From Burkholderiaceae bacterium (GTDB lineage Bacteria; Patescibacteriota; Saccharimonadia; Saccharimonadales; AQU-01), in assembly GCA_043788365.1 (NCBI GenBank), contig JAYVTZ010000013.1, positions 11,071-75,070 on the forward strand: a stretch of 64,000 bases of DNA, in the 5' to 3' direction. A model generated the notes under the pieces. That model saw only the letters and a program-made list of their open reading frames with translations, made no database searches and was not told the origin of the DNA. Numbering within the stretch: position 1 is the stretch's first letter; each line of letters starts with the position of its first letter. Below are positions 1-8,092 of the stretch, one piece after another. A program made the translations under genes and the position numbers.

Positions 1-379
1 AGAGTTCACTGGCGAAAAGACTAGCTTCGTCACCACCAGCGGCAGCCCGGATTTCGATAATCGCATCCTTCTCATCGTTCGGGTCTTTGGGGGTGAGGGC
101 CTCTTCGAGTTTGCTTATCGTCTCGGCGAGTTTTGGCGTGACTTCATCGAGTTCCATAGCGGCTAGGTCGGCCATATCGGGGTCAGATAAATGAGCTTTG
201 GCGAATTCAATAGCTTCTTGTTGCGATTTCTTATCTATAAAAAGTTGTAATATTTTTTCTAACTGGTCTTTACGCTTGGCCAGTTTAGGATAATCTTTGC
301 TACTAAAAATAGCCGAATCTTGAAGCTTAACTTCAAGCTCTTGGTATTCGGTTCGTAGGTTTTGTTCTTTAGCTTCCAT
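1..379 (-). CDS. prfA: peptide chain release factor 1, N-terminal ~126 codons (gene runs off the left edge)
   Basis: Not in the ORF track because no stop lies in the window. The minus-strand ATG at 379-377 opens a frame down to position 2: [22 protein letters not shown]...[20 protein letters not shown]. This matches the RF1 N-domain and its EIRAGxGGDEAxLFAxDL box. Confidence 0.85.
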   Translation of the reverse strand, partial: MEAKEQNLRTEYQELEVKLQDSAIFSSKDYPKLAKRKDQLEKILQLFIDKKSQQEAIEFAKAHLSDPDMADLAAMELDEVTPKLAETISKLEEALTPKDPNDEKDAIIEIRAAAGGDEASLFASEL

Positions 380-395
380 AATTAACGTCCTTAGT

Positions 396-437
396 ATATA
401 AAAAACACCGAAAAATAGATATTCTTCGGTGTTTATT
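396..437 (-). terminator. intrinsic terminator after rpmE (possibly bidirectional)
   Basis: The hairpin ACACCGAA (405-412) / TTCGGTGT (425-432) is followed by a T-run on the minus strand (complement of 397-404). The plus-strand side is also T-rich. Confidence 0.6.
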
Positions 438-446
438 TAAAATTCG

Positions 447-797
447 CTATTGTTCAGTTTTTGGAGCTGACTTTTCAGCTTTCTTTTCGTCTTGAGCTTC
501 TTTGCGGGTGCTAACTTTCTTAGCTGCCGCTGTACGCTTATCGCGGGCGGCTTGACCAGCAGCGGCGCGGGCCTTGAACTTGTCAACACGGCCTTCGATG
601 TCAACGATGCGCTCTTCACCAGTAAAGAATGGATGGCTTGAGCTAGTGATGTGGACTTTAACTAGTGGATATTCAACACCCTCAAGCTTAATTGTCTGGT
701 CAGTCGCAACTGTTGAACGAGTAAGCACAGTTGAGTTATTGTTGAGGTCTTGGAAGACTACCGGACGGTAATTATCGGGGTGAATATCTTTTTTCAT
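447..797 (-). CDS. rpmE: 50S ribosomal protein L31 (no CxxC, so type B-like, with a Lys/Ala-rich C-terminal tail)
   Basis: [17 protein letters not shown]...SSSHPFFTG is the L31 signature. I moved the start to the internal ATG at 797 (M22 of the track ORF 447..860). Confidence 0.9.
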   Translation of the reverse strand: MKKDIHPDNYRPVVFQDLNNNSTVLTRSTVATDQTIKLEGVEYPLVKVHITSSSHPFFTGEERIVDIEGRVDKFKARAAAGQAARDKRTAAAKKVSTRKEAQDEKKAEKSAPKTEQ

Positions 798-973
798 ATC
801 TCGAGTAGTATACACATCTGTTGCTATCTGGTCAAGTGCTATTGCTAAGAAGACGCTCATCTGTTAGAATAAAAGTACAATTAATTAATCAGTTTGGGGC
901 GGTAATCCTCCTGAATCATCCTATGTAGGGACGTTCGGGTATAGACCCTTTACGAAGAGAAAGGATTTACGAG

Positions 974-1756
974 ATGGCGAATGCTGTTGAAGTAGATATT
1001 AAAAAATTATTAGAAGCCGGAGCTCACTTCGGTCACAAAACTAGTCGTTGGCACCCAAAAATGGCGCCCTATATTCACTCTAAGCGTAACGGCAGTCACA
1101 TTATCGATCTAACTCAGACGGTCGTCGGGCTTGATAACGCTCTAGAATTTATTACTCAAACGGTGGCTCAGGGTCGACAGATCCTGTTTGTTGGTACCAA
1201 GCGTCAGTCTAAGGACATCGTTAAGGCTCTGGCCGAAGCGACCAACATGCCCTATGTCAACGAACGTTGGCTCGGTGGACTACTGACCAACCAAAAGACA
1301 ATTGGTGGACGCATCAAGCATCTTAAAGATCTTGAAGTTAACATGGCTTCAGGCGCCTTAGCCGCTAAGTATAACAAGCTAGAAATCCAGCGCTACCAAG
1401 AAGAAATCGACCACATGAACTACCTTTACGGTGGTGTCAAAGAGATGAATTCACGCGTTGGTGCCGTCTTTATGTTCGATATTACGCACGAGTTTAACGC
1501 CCTTAAAGAGGCTACTAAACTCGGAATTAAGACCGTCGGTATTGTCGATACTAACGCCGATCCGTCACTAGTTGATTACCCAATTCCATCAAACGATGAT
1601 GCTATCAAGGCTCTGCAACTTATTGCTGATTACGTTCAGCAGGCGGTTGAGCTTGGTCGTTCGAAAGTCAAAGCACCCGCTGTCGATAAGACCGAAGCCA
1701 AGGCTGAAGTCGAAAAAGAGAAAAAGGCTCCAGTAGCCGAAAAAGAGGAGAAATAA
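974..1756 (+). CDS. rpsB: 30S ribosomal protein S2
   Basis: LLEAGAHFGHKTSRWHPKMAPYI... and VDTNADPSLVDYPIPSNDDAIKA are typical S2. An AAAGGA lies upstream of the ATG. Confidence 0.95.
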   Translation: MANAVEVDIKKLLEAGAHFGHKTSRWHPKMAPYIHSKRNGSHIIDLTQTVVGLDNALEFITQTVAQGRQILFVGTKRQSKDIVKALAEATNMPYVNERWLGGLLTNQKTIGGRIKHLKDLEVNMASGALAAKYNKLEIQRYQEEIDHMNYLYGGVKEMNSRVGAVFMFDITHEFNALKEATKLGIKTVGIVDTNADPSLVDYPIPSNDDAIKALQLIADYVQQAVELGRSKVKAPAVDKTEAKAEVEKEKKAPVAEKEEK

Positions 1757-2004
1757 TGACTTTTCTTTCATCATCTGAACCACTGTCAACAAATAATCTA
1801 TCTGCCTGGCGTGTCAGGGGCGTGGTTGGTGACGAAAATCCATACCCTGTTTTAGCACAGAATACTGAGTACTTAAGACGACAGTATCCTGAACTTGATG
1901 CTGTTTATCAAGATAGACTACAGAGACTAATGACTGAAGCAACAGTTCAAATTACAGCTGTTGACCTGACTGGTCTAGGTTCAGAACACGGCCCGCACGC
2001 TTAA
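1756..2004 (+). CDS. hypothetical 82-aa protein inserted between rpsB and tsf
   Basis: Its ATG overlaps the rpsB stop (TAATG), suggesting translational coupling. I recognise no motif. Confidence 0.3.
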   Translation: MTFLSSSEPLSTNNLSAWRVRGVVGDENPYPVLAQNTEYLRRQYPELDAVYQDRLQRLMTEATVQITAVDLTGLGSEHGPHA

Positions 2005-2036
2005 CAAGCCAAGAACAACTAAAGTAGGAGATCAAA

Positions 2037-2627
2037 GTGAATATAGATGACATTAAAAGATTAAAAGCTCTAACCGGTGTTGGTCTAACTGACGCCAAGG
2101 CAGCGCTTGAAGAAGCCAAGTGGAACTTTGATAAGGCCCTAGCGGCGATGCGTAAGAAAGGTCTGACCAAAGCCGAGAAGCGTGGTGAGCGCGAAGCTCG
2201 AGCTGGTGTGGTTGGTACCTACAACCACGACGGTCGTATCGGCGTATTGGTAGAAGTTAATTGCGAGACCGATTTTGTCGCCCGTAATGAAATTTTTGCT
2301 GAACTCGTCAAAGATATTGCTATGCATATCGCTGCCAGCAATCCTGAATTTGTGAGTACTGAGGCAATTCCAGCTGATGTAAAAGCCAAGGCCGAAGCTG
2401 AATTTAGCGAAAAAGTTAAATCAGAAGGCAAGCCAGAGGCCATGGTGCCACAAATCGTTGAAGGCATGCTTAAGAAGTATTTTGCCGAAAAATGTCTACT
2501 CGACCAGCAGTTCATTAAAAATCCAGACCAAACTGTTGACGCCCGCATCAAAGAATCAATCGCTGTCCTCGGTGAGAACATCATCGTTCGTCGCTTCAAC
2601 CGGATTGCTCTCGGCGAATTAGCCTGA
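2037..2627 (+). CDS. tsf: translation elongation factor Ts (short ~196-aa form)
   Basis: N-terminal UBA-like LKALTGVGLTDAKAALEEA and VEVNCETDFVARNE. GTG start preceded by GTAGGAG. Confidence 0.9.
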   Translation: MNIDDIKRLKALTGVGLTDAKAALEEAKWNFDKALAAMRKKGLTKAEKRGEREARAGVVGTYNHDGRIGVLVEVNCETDFVARNEIFAELVKDIAMHIAASNPEFVSTEAIPADVKAKAEAEFSEKVKSEGKPEAMVPQIVEGMLKKYFAEKCLLDQQFIKNPDQTVDARIKESIAVLGENIIVRRFNRIALGELA

Positions 2628-2679
2628 AGCAGTCAACCCCTAGTGGTATAATCAAAGAGTTATTAATAGTAACCAATTA

Positions 2680-3255
2680 TTGAAAGTGAATATGACACCA
2701 CAGCAAACAGTTGATAGCGCCAAAACCAAAATGAAGGCGGCCGTTGCCCATTTTCAGGAAGAAATTAAGAAATTACGCACAGGTCGCGCTCACGCCTCAA
2801 TGTTAGACGGGGTTATCGTTACAGCCTACGGAACACCAATGCCAATTATTCAGGTTGCAACTGTATCGGCACCCGAGGCCCAACTTTTGCAAATTACACC
2901 CTTTGATCCGGGCAATATTCAGGCGATATCGACTGCTATCCGCGATAATCCTAGTCTAGGTATGAATCCTAGCGACGACGGGCGAGTCGTGCGCGTGCCA
3001 GTCCCACCACTAACAACTGAGCGTCGTCAGCAAATCACCAAGCAACTTGGCGAAAAGGTAGAAGACTGCATGATTAGCATGCGCGGTATTCGTCATGAGG
3101 CCTTAAAAGAGGTCGACCAGATGAAAAAAGACAAAGTTGTCGGTGAAGATGACGCCAAGCGACTCGAAAAGCAGGTCGATGATGCTATGAACGCCAGCAA
3201 AACTGAAGTTGATAGTCTGTCAAAGGCCAAAGAACAAGAAATCATGACGGTCTAG
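2680..3255 (+). CDS. frr: ribosome recycling factor
   Basis: LRTGRAHASMLDGV...PLTTERRQQITKQ. The true start may be the ATG at 2692 rather than the TTG at 2680. Confidence 0.9.
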   Translation: MKVNMTPQQTVDSAKTKMKAAVAHFQEEIKKLRTGRAHASMLDGVIVTAYGTPMPIIQVATVSAPEAQLLQITPFDPGNIQAISTAIRDNPSLGMNPSDDGRVVRVPVPPLTTERRQQITKQLGEKVEDCMISMRGIRHEALKEVDQMKKDKVVGEDDAKRLEKQVDDAMNASKTEVDSLSKAKEQEIMTV

Positions 3256-3399
3256 GTGGTATCTAGTAGTTAGTTTCTGGTTTTCTTGCATGGAAGAGAC
3301 TTGTTGACGCTGCCACCGAGTAGCTACTAGTTCCAGAGTCTTAATACTAGCTACTAGAAACGAGCGACGAGATACTAAAGACAGTGTATAATTAATCAG
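3256..3399 (+). repeat. CTAG-rich intergenic element, copy A (MITE-like)
   Basis: Starts 4 nt after the frr stop with GTATCTAGTAG (3259-3269). It ends with CTAGCTACTAGAAACGAGCGACGAGATACT (3347-3376). Related to copies at 23842, 27896 and 62669. Confidence 0.55.
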
Positions 3400-4617
3400 A
3401 TGTCGCTATTGCTTTTGATTTTGGGTCTAGTCCTGTTCGTCGCTCTCGTAGTCGTCCACGAGTTTGGCCATTTTATTATGGCTAAAAGAAGTGGTGTAGA
3501 GGTTGAAGAGTTTGGAGTCGGCTTCCCACCACGCGCCAAGGTGCTAACTCGCCATAATGGAACTGTTTACACGCTAAATTGGTTACCGCTCGGTGGCTTT
3601 GTCCGCCTCAAAGGTGAGCACGACGCCGATAAGTCCGAGGGTAGTTATGGCAGCGCTAGGTTACGAGATAAGATTAAGATTATGTTGGCAGGTGTATTCA
3701 TGAACCTAGCCACAGCATTTGTGCTGCTAACGTTACTCGCTCTGATTGGTCTACCGAAGTTAATTGACAATCAATTTACTATAAAATCGGATACAAAAAT
3801 TGTTCGCAATGATGTTCTAATTGGCGATGTTGAACCGGGGTCACCAGCCACAAAGACGGTTTCAGAACAGCTCGTAACTAAGAAGGTTAACTCAACTTCC
3901 AACAAAACTTACACTCTCGTTAATCAAGTTGCTAATCCAATTCGACAACGCGATCAAATTGTAAGTATGTCAGTTGCCGCTGGTAGCGAGAATCAAGCGG
4001 TTACGCAGATAAAAACAAACAATGACTTATCGCACTTCACGAGTACGCACCCCGACCAGTCGATAACCATAATTATTAAAAGAGACAATAGGTTAATAAA
4101 GTTAGGCACCAAGATCCGTAGTCGTGCAGAGATTGAAGCCAGTATTGAAGCCAACAACCAGAAAGGTTACCTCGGTGTCATACCGACCGAATACACTTTA
4201 CAGCGCTCAACTTGGTCGGCGCCAATAGTTGCAGCTGGGCTAATCAAGCAGTTTACCGTTTTGACGTTCCAAGGGCTAGGTAAGGCGATTGGTGGCCTAG
4301 CTAGCGGCAACACTGCTCAGGCGAGTGCTCAAGTATCTGGTCCGGTCGGTATATTTGTTTTGCTTAACGACGGCAGTAGTCTCGGTTACCAATTTATTTT
4401 AATGATAATTGCGATAATTTCGCTAACACTGGCAATTATGAACGGCTTGCCGATACCGGCACTCGATGGTGGCCGTCTATTTGTGACTTTATTATTCAGG
4501 GTCTTCAAAAAACCTCTAACTCGTCGACGTGAAGATGTAATTCATGGCACCGGTTTCGCTCTGTTAATGGTGTTATTTGTACTGGTCACAATCGTTGATG
4601 TGAAGCGGAACTTCTAG
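3400..4617 (+). CDS. rseP: RIP (site-2) zinc metalloprotease, M50 family
   Basis: HEFGHF zinc motif in TM1, a central PDZ-like region and a C-terminal NGLPIPALDGG motif. Confidence 0.85.
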   Translation: MSLLLLILGLVLFVALVVVHEFGHFIMAKRSGVEVEEFGVGFPPRAKVLTRHNGTVYTLNWLPLGGFVRLKGEHDADKSEGSYGSARLRDKIKIMLAGVFMNLATAFVLLTLLALIGLPKLIDNQFTIKSDTKIVRNDVLIGDVEPGSPATKTVSEQLVTKKVNSTSNKTYTLVNQVANPIRQRDQIVSMSVAAGSENQAVTQIKTNNDLSHFTSTHPDQSITIIIKRDNRLIKLGTKIRSRAEIEASIEANNQKGYLGVIPTEYTLQRSTWSAPIVAAGLIKQFTVLTFQGLGKAIGGLASGNTAQASAQVSGPVGIFVLLNDGSSLGYQFILMIIAIISLTLAIMNGLPIPALDGGRLFVTLLFRVFKKPLTRRREDVIHGTGFALLMVLFVLVTIVDVKRNF

Positions 4618-5441
4618 TGAACCTTAACTGGTCAATGCCACTCTACGCTCTCGCTATTTACGGAATTATTAGGTATTTCCACCGGCCGAAAGAGATTAGT
4701 CAAAAAATCCAGTGGACGCCAATAGAGTCTGTCGGGGTCACTTTAGCGATTTATTTTGGTGCTCAGTTAGTCGGGGCATTAACAGCGTTTATGATTCCGT
4801 TGCTTATGGGTAAGAGCAAGTCTGATGCAATCGACTGGCTTGATAAAAACACCTATGGGCAATTCATATTTATTGTTCTTATAGAAGTGTTAACAATCTG
4901 GGCGATCCACATTTTTCTTAAAAGACGTAAGGCTAATTTTGATACGATTGGACTTCGGCGTCGACCCAAATGGAGTGACCTAGCTTATTTGGTTATAGCT
5001 TTTGTCTGTTATGTCGTAACTTTTATTGCTATCACCACTATCGTTAAAAATTTGGCGCCAAGCCTGAATGTCAACCAGAAGCAACAGCTTGGTTTTGACA
5101 ACTATACTCAATTACAACTACCTTTTATCTTTGCTAGCCTGGTACTGCTACCACCGATTGCAGAGGAGTTATTGGTACGAGGTTTGCTTTATACTGGGCT
5201 TAAGAACGGTATGAAGCGCTGGTTAGCAGTTATAGTTGCGAGTGGACTATTTGGAATTGCACACCTGCAGGCTGGTAGTGGTGAACCGTTGTTATGGATT
5301 GCCGCTATTGATACTTTTACCCTGTCACTATTCCTGATTTATCTGCGTGAAAAAACTGGCAGCCTATGGGCCTCAATCGGACTACATATGCTCAAGAACC
5401 TAATAGCATTTCTTAGTCTTTTTGTTTTTCGTCTCGGATGA
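4617..5441 (+). CDS. CPBP (CAAX/Abi) family intramembrane glutamic endopeptidase
   Basis: Polytopic membrane protein carrying AEELLVRG, FGIAH and HMLKN, the three CPBP motifs. Confidence 0.75.
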   Translation: MNLNWSMPLYALAIYGIIRYFHRPKEISQKIQWTPIESVGVTLAIYFGAQLVGALTAFMIPLLMGKSKSDAIDWLDKNTYGQFIFIVLIEVLTIWAIHIFLKRRKANFDTIGLRRRPKWSDLAYLVIAFVCYVVTFIAITTIVKNLAPSLNVNQKQQLGFDNYTQLQLPFIFASLVLLPPIAEELLVRGLLYTGLKNGMKRWLAVIVASGLFGIAHLQAGSGEPLLWIAAIDTFTLSLFLIYLREKTGSLWASIGLHMLKNLIAFLSLFVFRLG

Positions 5442-5458
5442 TGCGATAATAATCAGCT

Positions 5459-6712
5459 ATGAGAGTATCACAATTATTTACTAAAACTCAAAAACAGGCT
5501 CCGGCCGACGAAGTTAGCAAGAATGCCCAGCTACTAATAAGGGCGGGTTATATTCACAAAGAAATGGCCGGTGTCTACACCTTTCTACCACTTGGACTTA
5601 AGGTACTAGATAACATCTGTCAGGTAATTCGTGAAGAGATGAATGCTATAGGTGGTCAAGAGCTTAAACTTACGGCCCTACAGGATCCAGCCATCTGGCA
5701 AATAACAGATAGATGGGATGATGATAAAGTTGATGTTTGGTTCAAGACAAGACTTAAGAACGGTAGCGAGATTGGTCTTGGCCCAACTCACGAAGAGCCC
5801 CTAATCAGAGCCGTTCGACCATTCGTAAAATCCTATAAAGATTTACCGTTTTTGGCTTATCAAATTCAGACTAAGTTTAGAAATGAAGTCCGCGCCAAGA
5901 GCGGTGTTATGCGTGGCCGTGAGTTCTTAATGAAAGATCTCTATAGTTTTGCTCGTAACGAAGACGAGCACGACGAACTCTATGCCAAAATTACCGAAGC
6001 GTACCATAAAGTTTATAAGCGTTTAGGTGTTGGTGAGCAGACGTTCCTGACATTTGCCAGTGGTGGCATGTTTAGCCAGTTTAGTCACGAGTTCCAGACG
6101 GTTTGTGAAGCTGGCGAAGACATAATTTATCTCGACCGAAAAAAGGCGATTGCCGTTAATGAAGAGGTGAATGATGACAAGGTGCTCTTGGACTTAGGGC
6201 TAAAGCGTGAAGACCTCGAGGAAGTAAAGGCCGCAGAAGTTGGTAATATATTCACTCTTAAGGATAAATATTCTAAACCGCTCGGCCTGACTTTTGTTGA
6301 TGAAAATGATAAAGAAATGAACGTTATGATGGGTTGTTATGGTATTGGTCCGTCACGACTCTTAGGTGTAATCGCCGAACTACTTGGTGATGACAAAGGG
6401 CTAGTCTGGCCCTATAATATAGCACCCTACAAAGCATATATTGTCCGGATTGGTGAATCTGAGGCTGTTATTAAGGCTACTGATGAGCTATACGACGAAC
6501 TAACTCAGGCAGGAATCGATTGTTTATATGACGACCGTGATGCCCGCCCAGGTGAAAAATTTGCTGATGCCGATTTACTCGGTATTCCTTATCGAGCTAT
6601 AGTTAGTGAAAAGACATTGACCTCAGGTGAGCTTGAACTCAAGTCACGGACATCGAATGAAGTTGAAATGATAAAACGTAGCACAATAATCGATTATTTC
6701 ACAGCAAAATGA
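5459..6712 (+). CDS. proS: prolyl-tRNA synthetase (short form without an INS editing domain)
   Basis: Class II aaRS motifs (FRNEVRAKSGVMRGREF, GCYGIGPSRL) and an anticodon-binding C-terminus. TGcGATAAT ends 8 nt before the ATG. Confidence 0.85.
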   Translation: MRVSQLFTKTQKQAPADEVSKNAQLLIRAGYIHKEMAGVYTFLPLGLKVLDNICQVIREEMNAIGGQELKLTALQDPAIWQITDRWDDDKVDVWFKTRLKNGSEIGLGPTHEEPLIRAVRPFVKSYKDLPFLAYQIQTKFRNEVRAKSGVMRGREFLMKDLYSFARNEDEHDELYAKITEAYHKVYKRLGVGEQTFLTFASGGMFSQFSHEFQTVCEAGEDIIYLDRKKAIAVNEEVNDDKVLLDLGLKREDLEEVKAAEVGNIFTLKDKYSKPLGLTFVDENDKEMNVMMGCYGIGPSRLLGVIAELLGDDKGLVWPYNIAPYKAYIVRIGESEAVIKATDELYDELTQAGIDCLYDDRDARPGEKFADADLLGIPYRAIVSEKTLTSGELELKSRTSNEVEMIKRSTIIDYFTAK

Positions 6713-6720
6713 GCCGGCTA

Positions 6721-6748
6721 TTGACGTCGTAGGGTATGACTGTATAAT
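6721..6748 (+). promoter_or_regulatory. sigma-70-like promoter (TTGACG-16-TATAAT), about 200 nt upstream of greA
   Basis: TTGACG 6721-6726, TG at 6741-6742, TATAAT 6743-6748. Confidence 0.5.
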
Positions 6749-6946
6749 TATAAATCCGAGCAGTACTAACTGATTGACAATGTCAACATTAGACATGAAG
6801 CTGCCGACATACGAAGAATCTACTAGCCATAGCTAAATAAGTTTGCTAGCATAGTCGTTGCGGATGACAATAGAGCAGAGAACAAAAATTGAAAGGCTCT
6901 ATCAGCCGTTTTTATTTTTACCAAGTTAAATAACAGAGAACAACTA

Positions 6947-7408
6947 ATGAAAAAATTATTCCGACTTACTGCCGAAGGTGTGACCAAGCTTGAAGAGGAG
7001 TTGGTACGTCTTAATGCCGAACGTAGTCCAATTGCTGAGAGAATAAAATCTGCTCGTGAGTTTGGTGATTTGGCCGAAAACGCTGAGTACAGCTCAGCCC
7101 GCCAAGAACAAGACCAGAACGAGATTCGGATCGGCGAGATTGAGCATATTCTAGCTAATGTAGAAGTCATCAAGAAGCCAAAGGGCGATAATAAGGTCCA
7201 GATTGGCAATAGTGTTAAGTTGAAAAGCGATGACGGTAAGACCAAAGAATTCCAAGTTGTCGGCACAGTTGAAGCTGACCCGCTAAACGGCAAAATCAGT
7301 GACGAATCACCAATTGGTAAGGCACTTATCGGTAAATCAGTCGGCGACCATGTTGAAATTATAACTCCAGCTGAGACAACTTCTTACAAAGTCACAAACA
7401 TCTCCTAG
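6947..7408 (+). CDS. greA: transcription elongation factor GreA
   Basis: Coiled-coil N-terminus with REFGDLAENAEYSSARQEQ, and a C-terminal ISDESPIGKALIGKSVGD. Confidence 0.9.
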   Translation: MKKLFRLTAEGVTKLEEELVRLNAERSPIAERIKSAREFGDLAENAEYSSARQEQDQNEIRIGEIEHILANVEVIKKPKGDNKVQIGNSVKLKSDDGKTKEFQVVGTVEADPLNGKISDESPIGKALIGKSVGDHVEIITPAETTSYKVTNIS

Positions 7409-7445
7409 CTTGCTGCTATTCAACCTCTAGCTGGTATAAGCCATA

Positions 7446-7484
7446 TTGCAAGGTTTCTCCTTGTAGCGAGGAGAAACCTTGCAA
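7446..7484 (+). other. perfect 15-bp stem hairpin downstream of greA
   Basis: TTGCAAGGTTTCTCC (7446-7460), 9-nt loop, GGAGAAACCTTGCAA (7470-7484). No T-run follows. TGgTATAAG at 7432-7440 lies just upstream. Confidence 0.7.
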
Positions 7485-7614
7485 AGTCTTGCACGACTTA
7501 CTTGTGGTGTGATAACCTACCTCAGTAATGATAAAATCCATCCAACAGACAAATAATAATACTAATCCCTCGGCGGCTGCCTAGCGTTATTTGTTAATTT
7601 AAGAAAACATCAAA

Positions 7615-7643
7615 CCCTCGGCAGTAAAAAGCCGAGGGTTTTT
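7615..7643 (+). terminator. intrinsic terminator
   Basis: CCCTCGGC (7615-7622), 8-nt loop, GCCGAGGG (7631-7638), then TTTTT (7639-7643). Confidence 0.75.
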
Positions 7644-7726
7644 AATTTGCAGACATTTTAAGGAGAGAATCATGAATACAAAGTCTAAATAGAATCAATA
7701 AGAAATAATTAACAAGGAGAAGAGAA

Positions 7727-8035
7727 ATGATTGAAGTAAGTATTTTGGGTGAACCAAGCCCCAAAGATATAAGTATAGAGTTATCTGGCATGACAGGCCC
7801 AGTCCAAATGGTTGACCGTTACCCGGGAGAACTTCGAGACATATATCGGCTAGGCTATTACATGGGTGCCAATATATTTTATGAGACTGAAGCCGTCGTT
7901 AAAGATGTCATCGATAAAACACTTGGGCTGTATTTTCCTGAGCAAGGCGACCTAATCGGTCCAAGTGTCGATGAGTCAGGTCTTGTGACTAGGGGTCTAG
8001 CAGTTTGGCACAAGCGAACCCGCCAACCTAGTTGA
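7727..8035 (+). CDS. hypothetical 102-aa protein
   Basis: A strong AAGGAGAAG precedes the ATG. No recognised motif. Confidence 0.5.
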   Translation: MIEVSILGEPSPKDISIELSGMTGPVQMVDRYPGELRDIYRLGYYMGANIFYETEAVVKDVIDKTLGLYFPEQGDLIGPSVDESGLVTRGLAVWHKRTRQPS

Positions 8036-8092
8036 ACGTTTAGCATCAGACTAAACTTAAGGTATAATGACTGCAAATAATAAAGGATATAA

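Noticed and set aside
6891-6920. GraL-like terminator/sRNA in the long greA leader
   Set aside because: A promoter at 6721-6748 leaves a ~190-nt leader ending in GTTTTTATTTTT. The preceding stem is only 4 bp (GGCT/AGCC), which is too weak to call a terminator by eye.
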